A DNA stretch of 64,000 nucleotides from a virus. Position numbers and translations under genes: made by a program. Every line of letters begins with the position of its first letter. The stretch's first letter is position 1. The notes under the pieces are model-generated. The model was given only the letters and a program-made list of their open reading frames with translations. It ran no database searches and had not been told where the DNA came from. The DNA lies in IMG/VR virus record IMGVR_UViG_3300044770_000059, positions 19,323-83,322 of that record; one strand, 5' to 3'. This document shows, in pieces, positions 27,851-37,004 of this stretch.

Positions 27851-28618
27851 CTACAGCCCCCGGAAGCCGGCCCCGGAGCCGACCACACGCCTTGCAGCCC
27901 TGATGCGGGAGTGCGTTCCCTCGCGAATTGCACGGATCTCAGAGGCGAGTCGTACATCAAGGCGGTCGAGGCGCTGTTTGCGTTTGATGCCAGCGACGAC
28001 AGTGCCGGTGCGCAGGTAACCGCGAGGCGTGACCTCGTTTCTCACGAGGAGCCGCAGTCCCTCGCCGGTACGAAATATTGGGTGGACCCGGAACTCTGCG
28101 ATGTTGGGTGCGGCGTCGCCAGGCTGGAAAGCTCCATAGACATTGAGGCGATGAGTCATCTCGACCAAGTGAGTCGAACCCAGCTCCTGGACGCGCCACC
28201 CGGGGTGTTTGGAGAGAGTCTCGATCTCGCCGATGCCGACCTCCGCCAGCGGCGGGAACTGCTGGATGGCGCGCGCGGTGATGAGATCCTCCAAGTGGAT
28301 ACCGCCCCTCCCCGGACCCTGCGGGCGCTTGCGCGTTGCCTCCAGGGTCCGCTTGGCGGCTGTCTCGGCCGCCTCCGCCGCCAGAACTCCGATCTGCTCC
28401 ATCGAGCGGGCTAAGTCCCGGGTTATCGTGTCGAGCGCCAGGGTGTGAGCTTTGCCCAGCAGGCTGCGGTTCGCGGAGGCCAAATCCCGAAGAGCAGCCA
28501 GCTTCGTGTAGGCATCGACCGCTCCGTGCGGCCGGCCAAGGACGGCGAAGAAGCGGGAGCCACCGCGCTCGATCCCCTCGGCGTTCCAGTAGCGCTCGGG
28601 CAGACCCAACTCAGCCAT
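27851..28618 (-). CDS. Neck/tail-completion region protein
   Basis: Position; TACACT -10 box 6 nt before the ATG (leaderless-type). Confidence 0.5.
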   Translation of the reverse strand: MAELGLPERYWNAEGIERGGSRFFAVLGRPHGAVDAYTKLAALRDLASANRSLLGKAHTLALDTITRDLARSMEQIGVLAAEAAETAAKRTLEATRKRPQGPGRGGIHLEDLITARAIQQFPPLAEVGIGEIETLSKHPGWRVQELGSTHLVEMTHRLNVYGAFQPGDAAPNIAEFRVHPIFRTGEGLRLLVRNEVTPRGYLRTGTVVAGIKRKQRLDRLDVRLASEIRAIREGTHSRIRAARRVVGSGAGFRGL

Positions 28619-28641
28619 GCCCAGAGTGTAGGGTGCCCGCC

Positions 28642-28744
28642 GGGGGCGTAGCTCAGACGCCTGTGGACGAGGCTTTTGGTTCTCGCGTCACGAAAGAGTG
28701 GAGGGTCGCGCCCTCCGTCGCCGGTCGGCAGCCGGCCGCCCCCT
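28642..28744 (+). ncRNA. tRNA-Lys-derived structured RNA (remodelled paralog of 37613-37685)
   Basis: First 16 nt identical; colinear to CTTTT; acceptor GGGGGCG/CGCCCCC, T-stem GCCGG/CCGGC, extra hairpin GGAGGG/CCCTCC. Confidence 0.6.
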
Positions 28745-28932
28745 ACAAAGCCGAAGACCCCGGGAGGGGGTGCCTTTCGCGCGGCCGCGCTCCAGGTCCA
28801 TTCCTACCAGGGTCGTTCGGGCAAAGGCTCCCTTGCGCTGCCCGATGCACCGACGGTCCAGCTACATCGGGAGTGGTTGATCGGGAAAACCGTTCCCGCC
28901 CAGCGCTACACGTCGCCTTGTCGGAGAGGCTA

Positions 28933-29430
28933 TCAGGAAAAGCGATCGAAGTAGATGTCGCACACTTTGAGGGTGACCAGCCAGATGTGCTCCTGCCAGG
29001 GTGCCGGTCTTGGGATTGGCTGGCGCTCCGCCGACACGTATTCCACAACCAAGGTGTCCATCCGAGGGCGGTCTCTCTCCCGGATGTCGAGCAACGGGAT
29101 CAGATCGCCCTCGGACTCCAGGCTGAATTTGATCGCCTGTGCCAGGGCCTTGCCCCAGGTGGCGTCCTTCCCGAGAACGAAGAACTCGATCGTGTAGAGC
29201 CGCTCCTTCAGGCTTGAACCCAGCTCTGCCTGTCTGCCGCCGTCATCGAAGTCGTAGCCGGTGGCCACGTAGTTCATGTCGAGCGGGGTCGGTTTCCCTT
29301 CAAAGTTGGCCGGGTCGAAGGACTCCACGATCTCGATCTGGGATCTCGGGTAGCCGTGAACGTTGAAGAGCTGCTGGCGCAGGAACGCCTGCACGCTCTC
29401 CGTTACAAAGTCTTCCCTAGTCAGAGCCAT
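28933..29430 (-). CDS. Tail terminator/completion protein
   Basis: Position and size; YTIEFFVLG...LVTLKV pattern. Confidence 0.55.
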   Translation of the reverse strand: MALTREDFVTESVQAFLRQQLFNVHGYPRSQIEIVESFDPANFEGKPTPLDMNYVATGYDFDDGGRQAELGSSLKERLYTIEFFVLGKDATWGKALAQAIKFSLESEGDLIPLLDIRERDRPRMDTLVVEYVSAERQPIPRPAPWQEHIWLVTLKVCDIYFDRFS

Positions 29431-29875
29431 CGTCCACCTTCTCCACGTGGATCAGCTTGCGATGCGGGGTGTCGCCGAGCCCGTCGATGTCGGTATCCCG
29501 GATCGCCCAGGTCTGGCCGAAGGTCTCGACCAAGGTCGCTCTGCCAGGGTCGTCGTCGGCGTCGATCGAGAGGACCATGTGCCCCTCCTCGAACCAGCCC
29601 GGGGGGAGCCGCACTATCGCGTCATCCTGGGTGATTGGATTGTCGATGACCAGCGCACGGATCGTCGCCGAGGCAAAACCGCCACCACTGGCGGGCTCAA
29701 TGGTGGGATCGAAAGGTCGGCCGGTCTCGGTGTTGAGGGGAACATCCGGCCAGGCAACAGACAGAGCCGTCAGGAAAATACAGTCCCGACCGAATTTCTC
29801 ACGAAGAGTGACTTGTGCCTGCCTGAATCCTTCAAGGTCCGGTGATGGCATGTCATCCCCAAAATCCCTGTTCAA
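29417..29875 (-). CDS. Head closure (stopper)-like protein
   Basis: Position after the adaptor; TFGQTWAIRD. Confidence 0.5.
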   Translation of the reverse strand: MNRDFGDDMPSPDLEGFRQAQVTLREKFGRDCIFLTALSVAWPDVPLNTETGRPFDPTIEPASGGGFASATIRALVIDNPITQDDAIVRLPPGWFEEGHMVLSIDADDDPGRATLVETFGQTWAIRDTDIDGLGDTPHRKLIHVEKVDDGSD

Positions 29876-30059
29876 TCATCTCGGTGACCGCCGCCTCTTT
29901 GTCTAGCCGCAGTGCCAGTTTGCGCCACCATTCCCGTCCCTTTGCGACCCGAAACCAGTAACGCTCAGCCTCTCCAAGATGCATTTCGTGAGCAGCATAA
30001 GCCCTACAGAAACAGTCAGCCTCTCCGCGAACCAGCCACCGGGCGAGGCGCTTCCTCAC
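29853..30059 (-). CDS. Small basic protein inserted between neck genes
   Basis: GTGA overlap; VRKRLARWLVRGEADCFC... Confidence 0.4.
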   Translation of the reverse strand: MRKRLARWLVRGEADCFCRAYAAHEMHLGEAERYWFRVAKGREWWRKLALRLDKEAAVTEMIEQGFWG

Positions 30060-30628
30060 GGCCCCATCACCTGTCCGCCAATACCGCCGGCCACCCAGGG
30101 TTCGATCAACTGATCCGTGTAGCGGTCTCGTTCCAGCAGGAGGTTGATCCAGTCCTCGGCAACGAAATCCGGGTCGAGCAGGGAGAGGGCGCGGTCTCGA
30201 TCGGCGCGTAGCGCCTCCAGGCGTTTGTTGAGCACCGTGGAGGAGATCCCGTATTCCCACAACTGGCCCTCATCCTGGATGCGCTCCGACACCTTCATGC
30301 CCTCCAACACGTTCATGTAGTAGTCGAGCGCGGCCTGGTAGGCGATCACCATCTGCTCGGGCTCCGTCAGCTCCTGACTGGTGAGCCAGGCGTCGGGGGC
30401 CATGTAGAACTCATCGCGGCTGGCGACCTCCAGCTCTTTCCCGAACAGCCCCCCGGAGAGCAGGATCACGCTCGCGATCGCGTCGGCGACCATCGAGTTG
30501 ACCTGCTCGTCCGTCATGTTGCCGGCGGGGACGCCCGCCGATCCGACGATGGCATCCGGCCCCTCAATCGCGCGACGAGCCCTGGGGATCAGGACACGGG
30601 TATCGCGAAGATCGGTGACCGGCTCCAT
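30056..30628 (-). CDS. Head-tail adaptor/connector
   Basis: Helical 190-aa protein downstream of the capsid genes. Confidence 0.55.
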   Translation of the reverse strand: MEPVTDLRDTRVLIPRARRAIEGPDAIVGSAGVPAGNMTDEQVNSMVADAIASVILLSGGLFGKELEVASRDEFYMAPDAWLTSQELTEPEQMVIAYQAALDYYMNVLEGMKVSERIQDEGQLWEYGISSTVLNKRLEALRADRDRALSLLDPDFVAEDWINLLLERDRYTDQLIEPWVAGGIGGQVMGP

Positions 30629-31174
30629 TTATTTCCTGGGCGTCGGCGGGGTTGGGACCGGGGTGCCGGTCTCCTCTTTCGGAGCGCGCTGCCCCTGGGG
30701 CGGCTTTCCCTGGGGCTCGGTGGCTGCGCCGGTCTCCCGGGTGTCCGCCTCGATGGCTCTCTGTGCGGCCTCTTCGGCCGTGTCGGGCTCGCCGGCTGTA
30801 TCGGGAACCTCGGTGGGCGCGGGCGCGTCCGAGGCTGTCGAAGGAGCGGAGACCGGCTCTGCGGCCGCCTCGGGCTCGACGGCAGGCTGTGGTGCCGGGG
30901 GCTCGACAGGGGGAGCAGGAGAGGAAGGGTCTCCGATCGGCCGGCGGTTGGACAACTGAGCCTCGGCGGTGATGCAAACGAGCGAGCCATTGGCGAAGGG
31001 GTTGTCGTCATCCTTGGTCGGCGCGTTGGCCGTGGCCACGCGCTCTCTCTCCGTGAGGAGCACCAAGCCACCTGGCGACACCGCGAGCGCTCTGCGCTTG
31101 CCCTCATCGTCAAATTTGACGACCCCGACCTGGCCGCTGGTGTTGTTCTTCCACTCACTGACTTGCTGACCCAT
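30629..31174 (-). CDS. Hypothetical virion-region protein with A/P/E-rich tail
   Basis: AGGAGG SD; late motif at 31211. Confidence 0.6.
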   Translation of the reverse strand: MGQQVSEWKNNTSGQVGVVKFDDEGKRRALAVSPGGLVLLTERERVATANAPTKDDDNPFANGSLVCITAEAQLSNRRPIGDPSSPAPPVEPPAPQPAVEPEAAAEPVSAPSTASDAPAPTEVPDTAGEPDTAEEAAQRAIEADTRETGAATEPQGKPPQGQRAPKEETGTPVPTPPTPRK

Positions 31175-31304
31175 TGCCGTGTCCTCCTGAAGTAGCTGTT
31201 GCCGTAGCCTCTAATTTACGGCCAGCATATGCCAAGGACCGGCACTTTCGCCCCGGCCCTCTGGCAAACGCAGCCGCCGCCGGCCGCAATTTAGGGAAGA
31301 TGGC

Positions 31305-32243
31305 TCAGGTCAGCTTGATGCGCCCGATGCGGCCCTTGTCCGCACCGTAGAGCAGCATGCCCGCGTCGCGCGCGGTCTCCCACCGGCCCCGGAAGGACGG
31401 AAGCTGGAGCTGCTGCACCTTGGCTGTGTCGCCGTAGTAGGTGAGGCGACCTGCCTTTTTGCCGACGATCCATAGCTCGTCATTCGGGAGCACGAACGTC
31501 CCCTCGAAGTTCTCGAAGTTCTGGATCTGGGCGACCTGGTAGCCCTTGTAGACGCCGATCGCGCCGGTGCGGAAGACCTGCTCGGAGATGTTGTCCCCGA
31601 ACTCCAGTCCGACGCCGGCCAGCTTGCGAGTGGCGACTCGGGTGCCGATGATCGTGATCGCCCCGTCGGAACGGAGTGCCACCGGCTCCACGATCGAGTC
31701 CACCTGGTCGTCGCTGAGCGTCGCGGCCGCAAACTGGCCGAAGGTGGAGCCGCCGTTGATCGCCGACTGGATCAACTCGACCAGTCGGGTGACCGGGAGC
31801 GTCCGCAGCTTCTCGCGAGCCTGCGCGGTCAGCCGGTCGAACGCACCCCAGAAGTTGGTCCGCAGGTCGTCTACGTGGTAGTCGAGGGCTGCGACCATCT
31901 CCTCGCGCGGCATGGCCGACCGGCCGTACCGCAGGATGTCGCTGAAGATCTGGCCGCCCTTGCCCTGCCAGTAGGCACGCATCCCGCGAAGGTTCTCCTC
32001 CACGAAGTCGTTCTCCGCGAGGCCGACGTTCTTGACCTCGATGATCGACCGCAGGAAGTCCTCTTTGAGGGCATCGCCCCAGGCGATGTTGAGCAGGTCG
32101 TAGGCCAGCTCCTCCAGGTCGATCCTGTGCCTGGCGAAGTGGTCGCCGAGTTCTTGCGCGGTCTCTCTGCGCAGCTCTACTCTGACATCCGCGTCCTGCT
32201 CACCAGCGACGCGCGCCAGGAGATTCTCGATTGCTTGTTCCAT
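31305..32243 (-). CDS. Major capsid protein (HK97-fold, inferred)
   Basis: 312 aa after protease/scaffold and decoration genes; strongly biased codons; hairpin downstream at about 31225-31266. Confidence 0.8.
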   Translation of the reverse strand: MEQAIENLLARVAGEQDADVRVELRRETAQELGDHFARHRIDLEELAYDLLNIAWGDALKEDFLRSIIEVKNVGLAENDFVEENLRGMRAYWQGKGGQIFSDILRYGRSAMPREEMVAALDYHVDDLRTNFWGAFDRLTAQAREKLRTLPVTRLVELIQSAINGGSTFGQFAAATLSDDQVDSIVEPVALRSDGAITIIGTRVATRKLAGVGLEFGDNISEQVFRTGAIGVYKGYQVAQIQNFENFEGTFVLPNDELWIVGKKAGRLTYYGDTAKVQQLQLPSFRGRWETARDAGMLLYGADKGRIGRIKLT

Positions 32244-32258
32244 CGTCGCCGGCCTCCT

Positions 32259-32801
32259 CTACATCTGGGTCCGGAGGGACCTGACAGTCAGGATTCCCTC
32301 TTTGTCATCGTTGATGGGACGCCACAGGTGGACCTCGAACAGAGATCTGATGTCTGCGGCCGCGTCCTTGGACCACGCACCCGTGCCGGTCTTGCCTCTG
32401 GCGCGTCTGCCGTCGGCATCCCACCCGATCAAGTCGCCCGGGTTGTAGTCGTCCGGCACGACCAAGGTCAGGTGGAAGCCACCGGAGTAGAAGGCATGGA
32501 CGTACTCGCCGTCCTCGATCTCCACGTTGTAGATCTCGTTCGGCCCCAGCGCCGTCGGCCCGATGTTCTGGTCCGGGGGCTGCCAGGTGCGCATGGCGAT
32601 CGCGGTCTGAACCGCGAGGGCGGCGTCGCCGGCCCCGGCCTTGCGCATGAACATTTTTCCAGCGGAAGCTGTGGGCACGACGGCCTCGCCCGGCGTGATT
32701 GCGCCGGAGGCGTAGCGGTCAGACCAATGCTCGCCCGGGAAGGCCAGCGAAACGTTCGGCAGATCGCCTACACCAGTTAGCTCGAAGGACCCAGCTTCCA
32801 T
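32259..32801 (-). CDS. Capsid decoration/cement protein
   Basis: Between scaffold and capsid; ITPGEAV...YNPGDLIGWDADG. Confidence 0.55.
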   Translation of the reverse strand: MEAGSFELTGVGDLPNVSLAFPGEHWSDRYASGAITPGEAVVPTASAGKMFMRKAGAGDAALAVQTAIAMRTWQPPDQNIGPTALGPNEIYNVEIEDGEYVHAFYSGGFHLTLVVPDDYNPGDLIGWDADGRRARGKTGTGAWSKDAAADIRSLFEVHLWRPINDDKEGILTVRSLRTQM

Positions 32802-32825
32802 GTCTCTCGCTCCTTAGCTCTCTGC

Positions 32826-33389
32826 TCAGTCGGTGGTTTTGTCTGAGCCCATCAGGGCTCCGATCACTGAGCGCTGGGACTTCGGCTTGCCGCCGCCGTC
32901 GCCATTGCCATTGCCGGCCTGGGCCGCCGCGATCTCCTCCTTGGAGAACTCGCCGCCGCCGGGCTTCTTGCCATCGCCCCCGGGCTTTCCGTCCTTGTCG
33001 GCATCGGGCTTGACGCCGACCATCTCCGAAAGCTCCTCCAGCCGGCCTCTCCAGTCATCGTCGGAGAACTCGCCGGCCTGGTCGCGCAGACGCTTCTTCG
33101 CGGTGTCGCCGAGCTTCTCCATGAAGCCCTCGCCCAGCGCCCCGAGGCGCTCGTCGCGAAGCTCGTTCTTGCGCGTGGTTTCCTCGGCCTCTTCGACCTT
33201 TCTGGTCGCCTCGGCGAGTCTCTCATCGGAGCCCTTTTTCTCGGTCTCCACACGCTCCAGATCTCTCTCCGCCTTCTCGGCACGCTCGATCGCCTCGTCG
33301 GCGCGCTTCTTCTCGGCGGCCATTTCCTCTACGGATGGACGCTTCTGAAGCTCTGCGTACTCGGTCTTGGGGATTTCGATCTGGTCCAT
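32826..33389 (-). CDS. Nested in-frame scaffolding protein (187 aa)
   Basis: GAGGAG-AAAAACTTCA-ATG at 33389; late motif at 33545 inside the protease CDS. Confidence 0.6.
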   Translation of the reverse strand: MDQIEIPKTEYAELQKRPSVEEMAAEKKRADEAIERAEKAERDLERVETEKKGSDERLAEATRKVEEAEETTRKNELRDERLGALGEGFMEKLGDTAKKRLRDQAGEFSDDDWRGRLEELSEMVGVKPDADKDGKPGGDGKKPGGGEFSKEEIAAAQAGNGNGDGGGKPKSQRSVIGALMGSDKTTD

Positions 33390-34112
33390 TGAAGTTTTTC
33401 TCCTCGGCTTGCCCTGATCCTGGTGAGTTCGCTCGTGGTATTCCGCTACTTCGTCCTCAAACACATCCAAGTGGGCCTTGTCATATGCCCCTCGACTTCC
33501 CCTGGTTCCGAATATCAACCCGGTGCCGGTGAAGACGACGCCCCCTAATATACGGGCAGCCTCAACCGACCCGTTACCGCGCAGGTGCTCACACCACTGA
33601 GACCGCTCCGCTCCATCGGGCAGCTTGTGGAAGAGTTGGCTACACACCGAGCATTCGTAGTGGGGTGACGTGCACTCCATGCTCTGCATCAGCGAACCGG
33701 CCTCATAGTTCGCGTTGATCTCCTCCGCGACCTCGGGGAAGCGGTGCTCCCAGATCCCCAGCATTGTGTCGATACGTGCACGCGGCACACTCGCTGCCTC
33801 GGGCGTCAGCAGTCTCGCGTCGGCGATGAGCCCCACGGCTGTCCGGGGATCATGCATGACCGTGACCGGCATGAACACCGGCTGAAGGCTTTTGATCGCC
33901 AGGTCATCGGCCCGCCACATCTGTCTGTTGGCGTTGGCATTGTCAGCTTCGACATAACGACCTTGGAGCCACATCAAGCTCGGATTCGGAGCCACCTGCT
34001 TGATCTTCTGGGCGAAAGCCAACTCATCAAACTGCCCCTCATCGAGAGAGATCGGAGTGACGGGGGCGACGAGGAAGATCTTGTCGCCGCGCTCGAAGAC
34101 GTAGGGTTCCAC
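32826..34112 (-). CDS. Prohead maturation protease fused to scaffold
   Basis: YVEADNANAN...TVMHD...SMEC...FTGTGL; coiled-coil C-terminal half. Confidence 0.75.
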   Translation of the reverse strand: MEPYVFERGDKIFLVAPVTPISLDEGQFDELAFAQKIKQVAPNPSLMWLQGRYVEADNANANRQMWRADDLAIKSLQPVFMPVTVMHDPRTAVGLIADARLLTPEAASVPRARIDTMLGIWEHRFPEVAEEINANYEAGSLMQSMECTSPHYECSVCSQLFHKLPDGAERSQWCEHLRGNGSVEAARILGGVVFTGTGLIFGTRGSRGAYDKAHLDVFEDEVAEYHERTHQDQGKPRRKTSMDQIEIPKTEYAELQKRPSVEEMAAEKKRADEAIERAEKAERDLERVETEKKGSDERLAEATRKVEEAEETTRKNELRDERLGALGEGFMEKLGDTAKKRLRDQAGEFSDDDWRGRLEELSEMVGVKPDADKDGKPGGDGKKPGGGEFSKEEIAAAQAGNGNGDGGGKPKSQRSVIGALMGSDKTTD

Positions 34113-34148
34113 TCCCTCTAATTTACGGAGGGCCGGGTACCGCAGGGA

Positions 34149-36191
34149 TCAGTCGTCCTCTGGAGGCTTCGGGAACTCGCCGAAGCCCCAGCGGATTGAG
34201 CGGTCCTCGGCATCGTGACGTGCGAACTCAGGTTCGCGGAAGCAAAGAAGCCTCGCCACCAACGCCTTCGTTCCACGCCGTCTACCGACAACCATTGACA
34301 GACCGGGAGCCAACCTCACGGCCTGCTCGTTGGTCGTTTCGTACTCGCGGTTGACCGGCACATACATCACGGCTGCGATCTGTTTCGGCTCGCCACCATC
34401 CAGAACCTCGCGCTCGGCTCTCGTGATCCGGCCGACGCTGTACTCGGCGTACTCCTCCAGAATCGCGTAAGTCAATTCGCCGACTCGAACCACATCGTCC
34501 AATTCGGGATCGAAATATGCTCTGACGGTCTCCCCCGAATTGCGCGCGATCCGTCTTCTTGGACGCGCGTTATCCGGCGGCCGCCCATCCTGAGATCCCG
34601 GCGGGCGGCCTGCGGGATTGTCCTGCGGGCCGGCCTCAGCCGAAGAGAAGGGGACCGACGCCGGCTGCATGATCTCGTCGTCGCCATTCTCCATCTCGCG
34701 ACGGCGCTCCTGGACAGCCGACTCCCACGGGAAACCGGCTACACGAGTTGCCCAGGACCGTGGGATGTCGCCACGGTCACGAAGTTTCAGCACGTAGTCA
34801 TCGAAGAACTGCCCGCCGGTGAGGACGATCTTTGGGAACCACAGGCTGGCTTGGTCCGTCAGCACCGATGGGTTGCGTCGGACGACCTCGGGGTAGATGA
34901 AGTTCTCGATGTGGCGTTGGATGTCGCGGCGATCGAGGCTGACGACTCGGCCGAAGAGATCCGTCCCCAGTTTCGCCCCCTCGGTCCCGGGCTCCTCGGT
35001 CGCCGACTCCGGTGTCCGCATCAACGCCATCGAGAGCTTCCGACCGATCAGCCGACGCTTGACCGGCGAGAGCAGTTCTCTCAGATCCGGGGTGATGATG
35101 TCGAAGTTCAGTCGATGGTCGCCGATGATCACGCCGGTCCTCGATGCCTGGCGAACCAGTCGGCCAAGGTTGGCGATCTCGGGCCGTGTCGCCGGCTTTT
35201 GGTCCGAGCCCTTTTTCGCGACGACGATGAAGTTGCTGCCGCCCTGGAGGAGAGCGAAGTCCATGATGTTGAGAAGCCGCTTGGCCTCCAGGAGGGCGAA
35301 GTCCCGAGTCAGCGGCGGACGGGGGTACTTCCAGGAGCCCTTCGGCATCGTGGAGCGATGCACCATGCGGGGGTTGAGCAGGTAGAGGGTGCCGCTCCAG
35401 GTGCCGTAGCCGTCCATCTCCTCATAGCCGACTTCCCGTTTGCTGATGAACATGTTGGCGCTGACCCGATCCTGGCGGCCCAGCTCCGCTTTCTTCGATG
35501 GGGTGGTCTTCTCGCCGAAGAACTCCTCCAACCAGGCTTGCAGCTTGGGCTGGCCACTCGGGTCATAAGCCAATTCGGCGGTGCCGAAGATGTCGTTGCC
35601 AAGCACCCGGATGTTCTCCGCCGGCAGGACGCCGCATACCGGCGCGGCGACGCTCTTCTCGATCGGCTTCTCCCGACCGGAGGGCAGGTAGCTGATCGTG
35701 GTCCGGGTGAAGAGAGTGGCGCTGTTGATCTGGCCGGAGATCAGCCACTCGCGGTAGAACTCCTGAACCACATGGTCCATCCGCGCCTCGCGGGAGAGCT
35801 TGTTGAAGACGGCCACGGTGTCTTCGTCGCGGTGGAAGTTGTCCATCCCGTCCGAGAAGGCGATCGCCAGCATCGAGCCCAGGACCGCTGACACGTCGTC
35901 GTCGCGTTCGGCCAGATCCCGGGCCAGTCTGATCTCCCCGATCACATCGGTCGGGGTAGTGAACTTGCTGCGCGCCAACAACGAGCCTTGACTGTTCGCG
36001 TAGGTCTGGAAGCTATTCGGCTGGACGCCGGCGAGAGAGGCATTCTCCACGAAGTAGTCGAAGACAGCACCCTCTACCAGCTCGTCGGCGAGGCCGGTCT
36101 CATTGACGATCATGCCCTGCGAGCCGGGATCGAAGCTCCCAATCGGGGGGAGCATGTCGCCGTTGGGGCCTGCTAGGCCAGCCTCATCCAT
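34149..36191 (-). CDS. Portal protein
   Basis: 680 aa between the terminase region and the protease; own late motif. Confidence 0.7.
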   Translation of the reverse strand: MDEAGLAGPNGDMLPPIGSFDPGSQGMIVNETGLADELVEGAVFDYFVENASLAGVQPNSFQTYANSQGSLLARSKFTTPTDVIGEIRLARDLAERDDDVSAVLGSMLAIAFSDGMDNFHRDEDTVAVFNKLSREARMDHVVQEFYREWLISGQINSATLFTRTTISYLPSGREKPIEKSVAAPVCGVLPAENIRVLGNDIFGTAELAYDPSGQPKLQAWLEEFFGEKTTPSKKAELGRQDRVSANMFISKREVGYEEMDGYGTWSGTLYLLNPRMVHRSTMPKGSWKYPRPPLTRDFALLEAKRLLNIMDFALLQGGSNFIVVAKKGSDQKPATRPEIANLGRLVRQASRTGVIIGDHRLNFDIITPDLRELLSPVKRRLIGRKLSMALMRTPESATEEPGTEGAKLGTDLFGRVVSLDRRDIQRHIENFIYPEVVRRNPSVLTDQASLWFPKIVLTGGQFFDDYVLKLRDRGDIPRSWATRVAGFPWESAVQERRREMENGDDEIMQPASVPFSSAEAGPQDNPAGRPPGSQDGRPPDNARPRRRIARNSGETVRAYFDPELDDVVRVGELTYAILEEYAEYSVGRITRAEREVLDGGEPKQIAAVMYVPVNREYETTNEQAVRLAPGLSMVVGRRRGTKALVARLLCFREPEFARHDAEDRSIRWGFGEFPKPPEDD

Positions 36192-36340
36192 TCCCTCTTA
36201 ATTTACGCGCCCGACCGGCTAAGAGGACGGAACCCCGACCTAAAACGAGCGCCGGGGGGCCTTGTCGCGTTCTCATCCGATTCAGAATAGGAATTAATGT
36301 TCATTCCTTGGACAAAACAAAAGGCGGGGGCGGGACTGCT

Positions 36341-36727
36341 CTACGACGCAGAGTACAACCGGCCGCAACGACGGGAGCAAGTCAGCCCAGATCTCTTGCG
36401 CTGTTCACGCTGACGCTTGACATGTGCGGCCAGATAGAAATGAGCACCACAGGGGCAGGTTATCTCGATGCGCTCACGGGGAGGGTGGTGGATTCGTGCG
36501 TGCCCAGCCTTGGTTGTGAGCACCAGGTTGGACACGACATCGTTGGTCTTATCTTCGTCTTTGTGGTGGACCTCCTCCTCTGGATATAAAAGACAGCCCA
36601 GCTTGTTCTCCATGAGAACGCGGTGGAGCGGGTAGAGATCGTTGGCATTCCGCCGAGGATGAGGCGGCTCGGTTCGCGCATAGCGGTATCCGCCGCCTCT
36701 GCATGTGGAGAGGACCTTGAAAAGCAC
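36341..36727 (-). CDS. HNH homing endonuclease
   Basis: LHRVLME...EEVHHKDEDKTND...SNLVLTTKAGHARIH; CPCG and CSRRC. Confidence 0.88.
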   Translation of the reverse strand: MLFKVLSTCRGGGYRYARTEPPHPRRNANDLYPLHRVLMENKLGCLLYPEEEVHHKDEDKTNDVVSNLVLTTKAGHARIHHPPRERIEITCPCGAHFYLAAHVKRQREQRKRSGLTCSRRCGRLYSAS

Positions 36728-36845
36728 CCTTTTACTCTACCCCGCGACACGCTCACGATACCATCCCGCGTCAGACCCTTCAATGGGTTTAGGGAGGTCC
36801 AAGCGCCCCGCCGCAACTGCGTGCGGTCGGCTGCTGGATCTCCCG

Positions 36846-37004
36846 CTACTTCTTGCCTCTACCCCTCGCTTGCGCGTAGGCGATCCGGTTCTCGATCATC
36901 CGGCGAGCGACCGCCGACACCGATCGGTCCTCCTCCTTCGCTATCCGGTCGAGGATCTTGCGATCGGCGTCCTCGATGTAGATGATGAGAGCGCGGCGGG
37001 CCAT
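36846..37004 (-). CDS. Ribbon-helix-helix (CopG/Arc-like) DNA-binding protein, 52 aa (absent from the ORF track)
   Basis: MARRALIIYIEDADRKILDRIAKEEDRSVSAVARRMIE. Confidence 0.75.
   Translation of the reverse strand: MARRALIIYIEDADRKILDRIAKEEDRSVSAVARRMIENRIAYAQARGRGKK

Noticed and set aside
28642-28744. tRNA-Sec or a functional class II tRNA (TCA at about 28688, long extra arm)
   Set aside because: No proper anticodon stem around TCA, no TTC loop and no D-arm; homology is to tRNA-Lys
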